Of a stretch of 64,000 nucleotides of DNA, positions 37,886-50,626 are shown piece after piece (position 1 is the first letter of the stretch; each line of letters starts with the position of its first letter). The stretch is from positions 88,908,001 to 88,972,000 of the forward strand of contig NC_043002.1 in assembly GCF_006345805.1 (NCBI RefSeq), read 5' to 3'. The notes below the pieces were generated by a model. That model did not search any database. It worked only from the letters and a program-made list of their open reading frames with translations, and was not told where the DNA came from. Origin of the DNA: Octopus sinensis. Lineage: Eukaryota. A program made the position numbers and the translations under genes.

Positions 37886-38406
37886 GACGGAAGATGGAAT
37901 ATACGAGAATTTCTATTAATCACGACAATTGTTTCGATACATATAGCATTGATCCCTCACATGTGGGACACTTAACAACTGGGTTCAGAGCATCTGGCTG
38001 TGCAGATGTGCCTCATCAGGAAATAAATAGATACAACTCATTAAAATAACAGTTCCGCAATGTATCTTCTCATTTCGTAGAAGTAAAGCAGCAAAACAAA
38101 TTATGTGTCTTCATATATATAGAAGATCAAAAATAAAATAAAATAAAATCACAGATGCAAAAAAGAAATGAACATGCAACACAGTGAGAAAAGTATTAAA
38201 AATAACTAACACACACACATACACACATATATATATATATACATGCACACACAGATATAGGCATGGCAGTATGGTCAAGTTTGCTTCTCATTCTCTTTTA
38301 TTCTCTAGTTGTTGTTTAGCTTCAACTTCACTTCAAAAGTTCAAAAATTAATAAATGTTAAGCTTCATTGGGGAGGAGAGAGGAGTGAGGGACAGAGGAG
38401 AGAGAA

Positions 38407-38452
<46 letters not shown>

Positions 38453-38584
38453 AAGAGCAACAAATAGTTTGAAACACTAATCAGAAACAAAAAATATATT
38501 CTGTTGCATAATCTTTCTGTGCATTTCCTATTATTCAAAAATATAATAACACAATAGGAAAAACTCAAAATTATCATTATCCTC

Positions 38585-38968
38585 ATCATTTTAGCGTCAA
38601 CTTTTCCAAAATTGCATTGATTAGATAGAGGTTACTGAGGCAGAATTTTCTATGGCTGGATGCTTTTCCTGCTGCCAACTCTTACCTATTTCCAAGCAAG
38701 GTAATATTAACCTCATGGCCAGACAGGATTTTGCAAAATATTGGAAATGAATGACATTCATGTACAACAATCAAGACAAGGAGACACACACACACATACA
38801 ACAGGCTTCTTTCAGTTTCCATCTACCAAATCCACTTACAAGGATTTGGTTGACCCAGCATTATAGTAGAAAACGAAGACATTTGCTGAAGGTGCCTTAC
38901 AGTGGGACTGAACCTACAACTATGTAGCTGGGAAATAAGCTTCTTAACCACACAGCCACGTCTGTGCC
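38585..38968 (-). mobile_element. Old B2 copy followed by old SINE A 5' half
   Basis: CTATGGCTGGATGCTTTTCC; CTTCTTTCAGTTTCCATCTACCAAATCC...CCACACAGCCAC. Confidence 0.7.
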
Positions 38969-39589
38969 TATGACTTGATATCAAATAAGAGAAAATGTTA
39001 CACATTCCAAATTTTCAGAAAAACCAAGAACTGTAGATGAAAACCAAGTTTTTGGTGATCCAATCATTTGACTCAGTTCTTCAATTTCTGGTGGAAACCA
39101 TTCTATTTAATTCATGTCATCACACTCTTTAAACCAGCCAGAGCCTCCCACCAACTTGTCAGGAGGAGGAAGAGGAGAGGAGGGATGGAGAAGTGGAGCA
39201 GAAGGGAGGAAGGTGGGGAGGAGGAGGAATTGGGAAGATGACAAGGAAGAAGAGTTTTACATTCACTTTTTCTCTACTGGCATGGGTTGGACAGATTTTC
39301 CAAGCCAAATACCCTTCCTGTCACCGTCATCTCTTATAATAAACAGGGATATAGTATATACCCTATTCTAAGACTAGGATGCATACACATTAAGTCTTAA
39401 GGAAATATTGTAAATGAAACAAAGCATGGGATATTATGATAAGACAAGATAATATACAAGGCAGTCAGTCTTTATATAAGTTCTATCTATTATGTGTTTA
39501 TAAATAGGTTTCCTTACCCAATTCCTGTTAGTCACTCCAAATTGTTCTTGTGGGAGAGGGGGTGTATCTCTCACAAATGGAACTCATAA

Positions 39590-39960
39590 AACACATATGC
39601 ATACAGACACAGACATATAAACATGTATACATACTCAGGCTCACATATGCATACAGGCACACACACACGCAAATATACAGACATATGCACACATGAGCGT
39701 AGACATACACAAACACATATGCATACATACACACACATATACATACATACACACAAATGCATACACAGATGCATATGCATACATACAGACACACACATAT
39801 ATGCATACATATATATATAGACAAATACACATAATTATACATATGCAGACACACACATAATCATACATATGCAGACACACACACACATATATATGTGAAA
39901 ACACGCATAAACACAGACACATGCATACATACATGAACACATCTATACACATGTACATAC
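39590..39960. repeat. Degenerate (CA)/(CATA)-rich tract
   Basis: Direct reading. Confidence 0.9.
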
Positions 39961-40375
39961 TATACTGTGGTAGTATAACCAGCTGGATAGAAACAGGCAG
40001 TAATCTATCCTAAAAAAGGGCAATGTTCCAACAAGTAAATGTCATTACACCTGAGATTTCTGTTGTACCCTTCTGATCCTATGCTATCCTATCTGAAACT
40101 GACCCCATTTCTATGAAACAAACCCTTTTATTTTAAAATGTTCATATTTAAAGTAAAATATTTCATCGTAATTTTATGTAAGAAATATTTTCTTTTTTTT
40201 AATTATGTTCAAAAACATCAAATTCAAAGAGGCAAAATTATTTTACTAAATCTCAGTAAATTCTTGATTATTTTCAAATTCAGCTCAATGAAAGATATTT
40301 GCTGCAAAGTGGGGCTGAACCTAAAACCACCATGTAGTTGCAGAGCAAACTTATTAACCACACAGCCACACCTGT

Positions 40376-40413
<38 letters not shown>

Positions 40414-40809
40414 ATGCGCTCTATCTGAAATACCTTTCTAGCATATGGAAATTTTAAAACAAGGAATTTTTTCAAAACACAACTGATTTTTAATTTATAA
40501 TATCAGTTAAAAGAAAATTGTCTAAATATAATGTAAACCATCAACGTCATCATTTAACATCCACTTTCCATGATGGCATGGGTTGGATGGTTCTGAGATC
40601 TGCTTAGGCATGGTTTAATTAGAGAAACTATTCTTTTAATAGCATGATTACTAAAAACAACCTTTTAATATTGTTACCTTTGTTTCTTTTTGCATATAAG
40701 TAAATTGAACATTTTTAAAAGTGAAACTAAATAACAATAGAATCGGGGGATGATATTTTAGACAAAAGCTCTCTTCTGTCACTTGTTAAATTGTGAATAC
40801 TGGTTCAAA

Positions 40810-40848
<39 letters not shown>

Positions 40849-42392
40849 TTATTATTATTATTCTTTAACTGAATGCCATGCATCCATTTCCAAGTATATA
40901 TATATATACATACATACACACACACACACACACAATCAATAAATGCTTCTAAAGATATTGAGAAAATGAGAAGAACTCAAAGATTAAGGGAGAGGAGAGC
41001 AGTGTAAAATATTTATTTGCTAAATTTGAAATAAGTGTGAAATGGAAAGCAGAGAGTTAGTTTTACATCTATTCTTTGTAGGAGGAGGGGGGGCAGGAAA
41101 AGAGAAAGAAAATGGGGACAGAAAAAATAAATCAGAAAGATCAGGAAAAAAAATAAAATGACCAAATTTAAAACAACACACTAAAAACCAAATTTTTAAA
41201 AATGTGAGATGATGATGATGAAAAAAAATAGAAAGTAGCAAATTGAGTTAAAACTAATAAAATTTATTGATAAAGTGCTAGGAAGCCCTCTGGGGAGGGA
41301 TTTCCACCAAACTAGTTCCATTGGCCTACTTATTAAAATACAGTCACTTTCCTAAAACTGAGAGTGAGGTGTCAGGTAAACTCTAGGAAACAGGAAGGGA
41401 GAGGTGAATAGTTTTAAAACTCCCCACACCACTTCACTACTGGTGTCTACTGGTAGACCTTACACACATATTTGTAATCAATGATCCAGTATCAAGCTTC
41501 CGAAACTTTTCTCATCTCTTGACATTTGAGCTTAAACTATCATACATATGTATATAAATATACGCACTTGCACGCGTGTGCCGCATGCGCACACACACAC
41601 ACACACGCACGAAAATTCCTGTTACAGCTGAAATAAGTTTCATTCTAATTTGATTCTACTTTTAAAACATTGCTTTGTTTGGTTTTGTTTTGTTTATTTT
41701 CTTCGTGAGGATTTTTCTTTTATTCATCCAAACCAAATTCTTTGTCTCTAATCTGGACCAATCAATGTGTGACTGGAATCCGATACCAAGTGCTTTTAGG
41801 AAACAAACCATTTCATCCTTTCTGGATCAGCTATTATTTATTTAACAAGTAACGCTGCATCACCAAAACCAGATCTTTGGATTTGTTTTCACCATATTCC
41901 TTGCATTAATGGATGTTAATGGCTTCCAGGCATTCCTTTAACCAAAGTTAGACCTCGTAAGGTGAAAAGTGATTTTTCTATTTCTTCTTGCTAAAATATG
42001 AAGACACCGATGACCATATAAAGATGCCTTTGAAATATATATTAGCCAAAGTAAAAGGATTAATCAGATCCCAGATGAAAATTGATAAATAATAAATTAA
42101 TTTGATTTAATTCATAACCACATATTTCTACTATTTCTTAAGAAAGAAGAGTAAGAAAGCAGGATAAGATAAAGGAAGGAATGGGAGAGCACGAAAAAGA
42201 AATAGAAGTATAAAAGAAGGATTGAGAGAAGGGCAGAATAATGAGAAACAGAGAAAATATACGAAGGAGTAGAATAGGAAAGAAAGATTGATCAAGGAGA
42301 GACAGACAGGCCAAATGACAAGTGAGAGGGAGAGGAACAAAAGAGAGATAGTAAGCAAGCAAAAGGGAGATTGAAAGAGAAGAGAGAGAGAG

Positions 42393-42428
<36 letters not shown>

Positions 42429-42585
42429 AAAAAAAACAGATGCAGGGAATTAGAGAAGTAAACGAAAATCAACTGAGAGATGACCAGGACTTATAGGGGC
42501 CAGGGTCTAGGAGTTAAGAAATACAGTCTGTGTGTGTGTGTGCGTGCATGCGCGCTGTATATATGCAAGTATATATAAGCATACA

Positions 42586-42816
42586 AAGGCGTTGAGCTGG
42601 CAGAAATGTTAACGCGCCAGGCGAAATGCTTAGCGGTATTTCGTCTGTCATTACGTTCTGAGTTCAAATTCTGCCGAGGTCAACTTTGACTTTCATCCTT
42701 TCGGGGACGATAAATAAAGTACCAGTTTCACACTGGGGTCGATGTAAACGACTTAATCCATTTGTCTGTCCTTGTTTGTCCCCTCTATGTTTAGCCCCTT
42801 GTGGGTAATGAAGAAA
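42586..42816 (+). mobile_element. SINE family C, full-length
   Basis: TSD TATATATAAGCATA at 42570-42583 and 42817-42830. Confidence 0.92.
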
Positions 42817-42850
42817 TATATATAAGCATATATAAAAATCAAAATCATTT

Positions 42851-43358
42851 CGATGACTGGCATCCGTGCTAGCGAGGTGCAAAGTGCACCATACGAGTGT
42901 GATCGTTGACAGAGCGGCTATTTGAGTATGATCGTTACCAGCGTCGCCTTACTGGCACTTATGCCTGTGCTAGTAGGGCGCCAAGAACACCATCCAAGCA
43001 TGATCGTTGCCAGAACAGCCAACTGGCTTCCGTACCCGTGGCACGTCAAAGGGCAGCATTCGAGCGTGATCGTTACCAACGTCGCTTCACTGGCACCTGT
43101 GCCGGTGGCATGCGTAAAAAGATTCGAGCGAGGTCATTGCCAGTACCACCTGACTGGCCCCCATGCCGGTGGCACGTAAAAAGCACCCACTACACTCTCA
43201 GAGTGGTTGGTGTTGGGAAGGGCATCCAGCTGTAGAAACTCTGCCAGATCAAGACTGGAGCAGCCATCTGGTTGCCAGCCCTCAGTCAAAATCGTCCAAC
43301 CCATGCTAGCATGGAAAACGGACGTTAAACGATGATGATGATGATGATGATGATGATG
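42851..43358 (+). mobile_element. SINE-like family B, longest copy (about 6 internal modules)
   Basis: Repeated CGAGCGTGATCGTTRCCAG...CTGGC...GTGCCGGTGGCACGTAAAAAG; tail and (GAT)n at 43331-43358. Confidence 0.88.
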
Positions 43359-43739
43359 TATGCACTCATTTGTAAATGTGTGTGTGTGTGTTTGTGTCAA
43401 TGTACAGGTTTCAATGAAAGGAAATTCAGGGTATTAATATACAATTATATTCATGGGTGGACAAACAGCATTGACATGAAGTACAAGGCATTATCTATTT
43501 GTTGTTGTTGTTGTTGGAGTAGTAGTAGCAGCAGTGCTTTCTTGTTTAAAATGTATTCCAAATGTAATAAAAGAAAATAAACAACTGAGAGTATATAACT
43601 GAGAATGTTATGATTGTGTTGATTTGTTGTTTAATGTGACACAGTGCCCTCCTCTAACTGCTGTTCAACAAGGAACACACACACAAACAATACATACACA
43701 TACTGTCAGAACCTTTGTGCCTCCTTTGTTGCTTGGAAT

Positions 43740-43744
43740 GACAC

Positions 43745-43785
<41 letters not shown>

Positions 43786-43990
43786 CACACACACACACAC
43801 ACAAGTGCCATCTTTAATTGTGCTAACTTGAGTGACATGAACAGAAACAAAGATTTCAAAGGAAGATAGATGAAAATTGAAAAAAGAACATACAATGAAA
43901 AGGTGTGTGTGTGTGTGTGTGTGTGTATGCGTGCGTGCGTGTGTGTGCATGTATGTGCACATGTGCGCATGTGTGTGTGTGTGTGTATGT
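43740..43990. repeat. (CA)n and (GT)n microsatellites in opposite orientation
   Basis: (CA)n at about 43745-43802, (GT)n/(GCGT)n at about 43902-43990. Confidence 0.9.
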
Positions 43991-44946
43991 GTATGAAAGA
44001 GATGGAATGAATAAAACGTACAGAGAGAGAAGTGAAAACAGGAAATGAAGCAGGAATTTTATGTGATCTAATAGAACTTACACTCTTTTATTAAATATTG
44101 ATTTACTCTTTATTAATTTTAAAAAAAGGGAGGGGGTTTATTCAATTAATTTTAATTGTAATTTTAATTCATTAGTTATATACTACAAGATCAATTTTTA
44201 TTAGATTAGATATATGCTGTCAGTGAATCAACAATATATTATGGATAATATTTAATCAATGTTAATTAGAAGGATGTGAAACAAAGATGAACCCAATAAG
44301 ATTTGAACTGGGATTATTGGTATTAGTAATGCATATAATTCCCTAAATCTCTTGAGTCAACCAAACTTTTTTCTTAAGGATATTTGAATGACAATGGATA
44401 AAAGGCAGCGAGCTGGCAGAATCGTTAGCATGCCAGACAAAATGCAGGTCATATAATTTGCTCTTCAAAGAAGCGATCTCTCTGACTCTCCCCAGACACA
44501 AGATTTTTAAATAGTTGTTTTAAAAAATTATAAATATTCAGTATTAAAAATTAACTGATTTTTTTTTTCTCTCAAAGCCAGGGAGACATGCGCAAATATT
44601 AACAAGCATAGCTAAAGAATGAATTTCATCAACAAACAGTAAAGAGTACATGATGGATTAGAAGGAAGAGAACAACAAAAAAGAATCGCAAGAGAAAAAG
44701 ATATTAGTAGAGGGTAAGACTGACTATGTATACAGACAGGCCTTTATGAAAAGACGTTAAATAATCACTATTCATTCCTTCTTTTTCATTTTATACAACA
44801 TAACTAATTTTTTTGATATATAGTCTAAAATAAAATTAGCCAGATGGTAAAAATGATGAAATAACTAAGCTTATTAGTTTCCTCTTTTAAATTTGTTGCA
44901 AGAAATTAGATTTTGTTTCATTTTTTGTTTGTTTTCTCGAATAATA

Positions 44947-45104
44947 GTGTGGTAAGTAGCTTGTTTACCAACCACATGGTTCCGGGTTCAGTCCCACTGC
45001 ATGGCACCTTGGGCAAGTGTCTTCTACTGTAGCCTCGGGCCGACCAAAGCCTTGTGAGTGGATTTGGTAGACGGAAACTGAAAGAAGCTCGTCGTATATA
45101 TGTG

Positions 45105-45139
<35 letters not shown>

Positions 45140-45361
45140 ATGTTTGTGCGTCTGTGTTTGTCCCATCCAACATCGCTTGACAACCGATGCTGGTGTGTTT
45201 ATGTCCCCGTCACTTAGCGGTTCGGCAAAAGAGACCAATAGAATAAGTACTGGGCTTACAAAGAATAAGTCCTGGGGTCGAGCTGCTCGATTAAAGGCGG
45301 TGCTCCAGCATGGCCGCAGTCAAATGACTGAAACAAGTAAAAGAGTAAAAAGAGAGTAAAG

Positions 45362-45365
<4 letters not shown>
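44947..45365 (+). mobile_element. SINE family A, slightly 5'-truncated
   Basis: Body with central (TA)n(TG)n, tail GAGTAAAAAGAGAGTAAAGAGTA, then (TA)n to about 45410. Confidence 0.92.
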
Positions 45366-45413
<48 letters not shown>

Positions 45414-45487
45414 TTATCCAGCTTCTTCAAAAGTCTTTATTTGCAGACAAATAAAACAAATATTTCTCTCAGTCTCATTAGCATTAC

Positions 45488-45925
45488 ATCATCATTATCA
45501 TTTAACGTCTGTTTTCCATGCTGGCATGAGTTGGACAGTTTGACTGAAAACTGGTAAGCTGGGGAGCTGCAACTAGGTCCCAATCTGATCTGGCAAGGTT
45601 TCTACAGCTGGATGCCCTTCCTAATGCCAACTACCCCAAGAATGTAGTGGGTGCTTTTTTATGTGCCACTGCCATGGATACCAGTTGCAAAACACTGACA
45701 TCGGCCATGTCTATGGATTTACTTGGCTTGACAGGTTTTCTCAAGCACGGTATATTGTCAAAGGTCTCATTCACTTGTCACTGCCTCCATGAGACCCAAA
45801 GTTCGAAGGGTGCTTTTTACATGCTCTAAGGTACAGGCATCATTTACACAACACTGGCATAAGCCATGACTACGATTTCACTTGGCTCCACGGGTCTTCT
45901 TAAGCACAGCGTATCACCCAATGTT
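45488..45925 (-). mobile_element. SINE-like family B, diverged
   Basis: TTTAACGTCTGTTTTCCATGCTGGCATG; GGATGCCCTTCCTAATGCCAAC. Confidence 0.75.
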
Positions 45926-46133
45926 CAAAGGGTGCTTGCTGATTTACTTACTTTCTACTTTATTCTCAAGTAGAATGAGGCGAAGCATTCCACATAGGAA
46001 CACATAACATTGTGTCAGGATATATATGCAACAGAACAACACATGATAATGCCAGTACTTTTACTTCCTTTTTTCCCCCCCTCTCCTCTGCTTCACTGGT
46101 CTCTTTGCTATTGTCTTGTAACCTTTGACTTTC

Positions 46134-46367
46134 CTATTTCTTTATTGCCCACAAGGGCCTAAACATAGAGGAGACAAACAAAGGCAGACAAAGGAATTAA
46201 GTCGATTACATCGATCCCAGTGTGTAACTGGTACTTAATTTATCGACTCCAAAAGGATGAAAGGCAAAGTTGACCTCGGTGGAATTTGAACTCAGAACAT
46301 AGCGGCAGACGAAATACCGCTAAGCATTTTGCCCGGTGTGCTAACGTTTCTGCCAGCTTGCTGCCTT
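46134..46367 (-). mobile_element. SINE family C, full-length
   Basis: 18-bp TSD TTGTAACCTTTGACTTTC at 46116-46133 and 46368-46385. Confidence 0.93.
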
Positions 46368-46839
46368 TTGTAACCTTTGACTTTCTTCCACCTTCCTCTT
46401 TGCCTGCATGTCTCTCTCCACTGCAGCTTCCACACAATCTTCACTATGACAGTGGACCCTGCCTAAAACATACTCTATTCAAGTTTCCAGATAATAGTAG
46501 AAAGTTAGTAAAGAAAAATAAAATCAATAACTAACAAAACTGCTAACAATGAGATTTCTGACTTAAGCATACAGCCACAAATTTTAGAGTTGGGGTTAAT
46601 CAAGTGTCTCAATGCCAGTACTTATTTTAACAATCCTGAAAGGGTGAAAGGCAAAGTCAACATTGGTGGAAATTGAACAAAGAATGTGAAAAACACATAT
46701 CATATAGTTTTAGCTCAATATTACATACAACTTGCAAGATATTTTTTCATCTGAATTATCTGAACACAGATGAGCTTATCTCAATGTGAAACATCTTCAG
46801 GTTGTAAGTAACCATTGAAGGTAATAAGCTAAGACATAA

Positions 46840-47250
46840 CACACCATTGAATTTATTAGAAAATACCTCAGTTTATTATGAGACACCTTGAGTCTATCTC
46901 AGGATGCCTTGAGTCTATTACGGAATGCCTTGAATCTATTATGGAACGCCCTGAGTCTATTATGGAATGCCTTGAGTCTATTACGGGATGCCCTGAATTT
47001 ACTACAGGATGCTTTGAGTCTATTACAAGACACCTAAGTTTATTAAAAGACAACTGAGTTTATTGAAAAATACTTGAGTTATTGAAAATACCTGAAACTA
47101 TAAGAAAACATCTGAGTTGTTGGAAAGGGATTAAAAGCACAAACATTAAGAAAACACCTGAGTTGTTGGAAAGGGATTTAAAAAAACAACAAAAATTAAG
47201 AAAACACCGGACGTATTGAAAATAGATTTTTAAAAGAGCAACAAAAAATT
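46840..47250. repeat. Degenerate 21-bp minisatellite (about 12-13 units) grading into 3 units of 46-54 bp
   Basis: Core unit RATGCCTTGAGTCTATTAYGG; later units start TAAGAAAACA at 47101, 47147, 47197. Confidence 0.85.
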
Positions 47251-47439
47251 ATCTATCGTTATAATAATTTTGTAAGATTTTTTATTTCATGAGGATTTAT
47301 AGGTGAGCTTTGACACAGGAAAGTTAAATAATGAATGGAATAAAGTGTAATGTGATATAAGGTACTGAAGATTCCAAATTGTAGGCTTGTTTTTTGTTAT
47401 GTTTTTTGCTTTTTTTATACTGACTTGGCATGGAGGAAG

Positions 47440-47885
47440 GAACTGGGTTCATGGCCTTTGTAAGTTCTTCAAGACAAATGAGACTATTACACAGAAAATG
47501 TTGCAAGTCAACAACTGCAGGAAAAAGATATGCAGTGAAGTGAACTCCAAAGGACTGGGAAGAGTAGTGTGGGGCTGGTGAGAAGAGACACAACAGGAGT
47601 AATGAAGAGAAAAATATAAATTCAAAGGATTGTAGCACAACACCAGCCTACATTAAGGAGTACATGCCATTGTAGTAGTTGTATGAACACAGTGTGTTAT
47701 AAGTAACTTTTCAAGGCTTCTGAACTGAAGGGAGGAAGTTGTCTTCAGACTGGAGCCCACAGGCAGGCGATTTTGACAGGAGGTTCACATTTCAGACATG
47801 GTTGAAAGTTTTACTGACATCAAGAGCAATAATATGGCTTCCAATAAGAACTTCAGTGAAAGACAGTAAATCTCTCCAGCATAAA
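47440..47885 (-). pseudogene. Decayed CR1-group LINE ORF2 remnant (RT motif joined to C-terminal region)
   Basis: IALDVSKTFNHV resembles RT motif ALDISKAFDRV; HYSSQSF...LFPAVVDLQHF resembles the ORF2 C-terminus; multiple stops and frameshifts. Confidence 0.6.
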
Positions 47886-48452
47886 AAAAAAAACATGATA
47901 ATAAAATGTGTCCTATCTATTATGTACAATTTGGCTTTAAGCTTAATACCAAAGATAAAAAAAAAATACGACAAATAAACATAAAAACATATCTTCTATC
48001 TCAAGCATTATCTCGTGCTTTTAGATGATGTACCAAACTATGACTTTCCACATGCCCTACTATTTCTTGATAAACTTTTGAAAAAGACCAGTATTTTCTA
48101 TCTAATCTGGCTGTAAGCCAAAGCTAGTCCACATGATCTATACTGCATAATGTTTAACTCAGTTTTTATTTTAGCAACCTATATAATGATGAACAAGATC
48201 TGCGGGAGTAGAACATAACATAGACAAGCATTGCGCATAGAAAATTCACTTATCAACTGTGCTACACTAACCCTACCTACCTACCTACTTAGCTGAACAG
48301 TCCCACTAACGCTATACATCTCATTAACTCTGGCATACTAACTCTATATATCTATCTTATCAACCATTCCCTACTATCCTATATTTAAAAACATACAAAG
48401 GCAATCCAATCTGCTGATAATGCAAATACACACGCATCTGATATGAAATATT

Positions 48453-48660
48453 GATTTCAAATTCTGGTACAAAATTTTAGGGGTTGGTTCAGTTGACTAC
48501 ATCAACCTCAATGTACAACTGGCACTTATCTTTTCAACCCTGAGAAGATGAAAGGCAAAGGTGACATTGGCAGAATTTGAACTCAGAATGTTAAAGTGGA
48601 TTAAAAGCTGCTAAGCATTTTGCCCAGTGTGCTAACAATTCTGCCAGCTCATCACCTTAT
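48453..48660 (-). mobile_element. Old C2 SINE
   Basis: Head GTGCTAACAATTCTGCCAGCTC; flanking repeat ATATGAAATATT at 48441-48452 and 48664-48675. Confidence 0.8.
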
Positions 48661-48729
48661 CCAATATGAAATATTAAGAAATAAAAAAAAATATACAATT
48701 GTTATATATGTGTGTGCATGTACACATGT

Positions 48730-49063
48730 GAAGGCGCATGGCTCAGTGGTTACAGCGTCGAGCTTATGATCATGAGGTTGTGAGTTCGAATTCCAGACCA
48801 GGCTGCATGTTTTGTTCTTGAGCAAGACACTTTATTTCACATTGCTCCAGTGAACTCAGCTGTAGAAATGAGTTGCGATGTCACAGGTGCCAAGCTGTAT
48901 TGGCCTTTGCCTTTCCCTTGGATAAGACTGGTGACGTGGAGAGGGGAGGCCAGTATGCATGGGCGACTGCTGGTCTTCCATAAACAACCTTGCCCGAACT
49001 TGTGCCTGGGACAGTAACTTTCTAGGTGCAATCCCATGGTCAGTCATGATCGAAGGGGGTCTC
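48730..49063 (+). mobile_element. SINE family E, full-length (tRNA head, CORE-like middle)
   Basis: A box TGGCTCAGTGG, B box GAGTTCGAATTCC, TTCTTGAGCAAGACACTTTATTTCAC core; tail matches 20585-20763. Confidence 0.88.
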
Positions 49064-49605
49064 AGCATGTACACATGCAGAAATATATTATTTATCAATG
49101 CCTGTTTGCTCGAGAGTTTTTTGCCCCCAACCCACCCACCATCTATATTGGCGTTGGTCAAGAGTGAAAATACAGCATATCTGTAAGGGTCAGTCTTGTG
49201 TTATATTTTATCATATTAGCCAACGTTTTCTAATCAACTTTGACTGTTTCCTACTTTAATCTGTCTCTACAAGTTGAGCCAGAACACTGACACCTGCAGC
49301 AACCCACAGCAGGAACCTATGGAGCAGAGAAACTGGGCAATTTTCGAAACCATGATTTGTGATTATACATGTGGTGACAGTTATCAATGATACTGATGGA
49401 CAACCTCCTCTTCCTACTACTACTACTACCTCACTACCACCACTCACTTTCACAGAGCTTTATTCTATTTATCTAGTATTATCTATTTACACACTAGTGT
49501 AGTTCTCTAATGTAATAATTAGCTATATATATTATAAAGAATTCATACATTTTCTCTCCCATCACAAACAACAAATGAAATAAATAAATAGATGATGATG
49601 ATGAT

Positions 49606-49645
<40 letters not shown>

Positions 49646-49990
49646 CAGCTCTCAAGGGAAAAGAACTCAGCTATTGTCTGTTTGCCAATAAGTGTAAAAA
49701 TAAAACAACAACCTGTATGATGCATTAAAAATGGTTTCCATAACATTCACAAAAGTAAATGTCACTGGATCTATTTCTTATTGTGTATCAAATAACAGTG
49801 AAAGAAGGTTGAATCTTTTTTTCACCTTCACCATCTTATTGCAAGAGCTAGAATCTACAAACTTTTAGAACACACACACACACACACACATACTAACACA
49901 CTTACTTGCTAAAGTACAAGTTTTAAGAATTACTTAGGTCAATGTAATATTTTGCAAATTCATGATGCCAATAATCAACCGAATCAATAC

Positions 49991-50044
49991 CTGCTCAATT
50001 CCAGTTTCAATTTTGGTTCGGCACAGTTCTGACTTATCAGGATT
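49991..50044 (-). CDS. Candidate 54-nt internal exon (phase 0: NPDKSELCRTKIETGIEQ)
   Basis: Acceptor TTTGTAGTTTTATAG|, donor CAG|GTATTG, length divisible by 3, phase-compatible with 36791-36832. Confidence 0.38.
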
Positions 50045-50392
50045 CTATAAAACTACAAAGTTTTACATATTATCACACAGGCAGCTGCCATTTATTTCAT
50101 TTTGACATAATTTTCTTTTTACTTTATACTAAGGGTTTCTATAAAGCTAAAACAACAACAATAAGTTATTATTATTATTATTATTATTCCATATTTGACT
50201 TTTGCTTTACATTTGCACAAGCTGGCCCCAAGTCTCACCCAGAGACCTCAAGAGACAACAGTTGGAAGTTTGTGTTGGTGTTATGCCTAGGGTGCCATAT
50301 ATTTGGTTTTGTACTTTGTGTTGTACTAGTGAATGCCTAAAAAACCATGCGAAAATTATGTTTGTCTTAAAATTATTATTATTATTATTATT

Positions 50393-50591
50393 AAGGTGGC
50401 AAGCTGGCAGAATTATTAGCACACAGGGTAAAAGCCTTAGCAGCATTTCATCCGTCTTTAGATTCTGAGTTCAAATTCCACCAAGGTCAACTTTGCCTTT
50501 CATCCTTTTGGGGTTGAAAAAAATAAGTACCAGTTGAGCACTTACACCTTCCTCAAAATTTCAGGGCTTGAGCCTATAGTAGAAAAGATTA

Positions 50592-50626
<35 letters not shown>
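50393..50626 (+). mobile_element. Old C2 SINE with (ATT)n tail
   Basis: AAGGTGGCAAGCTGGCAGAA head; tail 50596-50626. Confidence 0.8.

Noticed and set aside
46868-47053. Heptad-repeat protein IIDSRHP
   Set aside because: Direct consequence of the 21-bp minisatellite; no splice or start context
48730-48810. Functional tRNA genes at SINE heads (also 14380-14450, 15452-15525)
   Set aside because: A and B boxes are present but run into SINE bodies without a complete cloverleaf or terminator
49273-49390. Plus-strand reading LSQNTDTCSNPQQEPMEQRNWAIFETMICDYTCGDSYQ
   Set aside because: Only an AAG acceptor, no good donor and no recognisable homology
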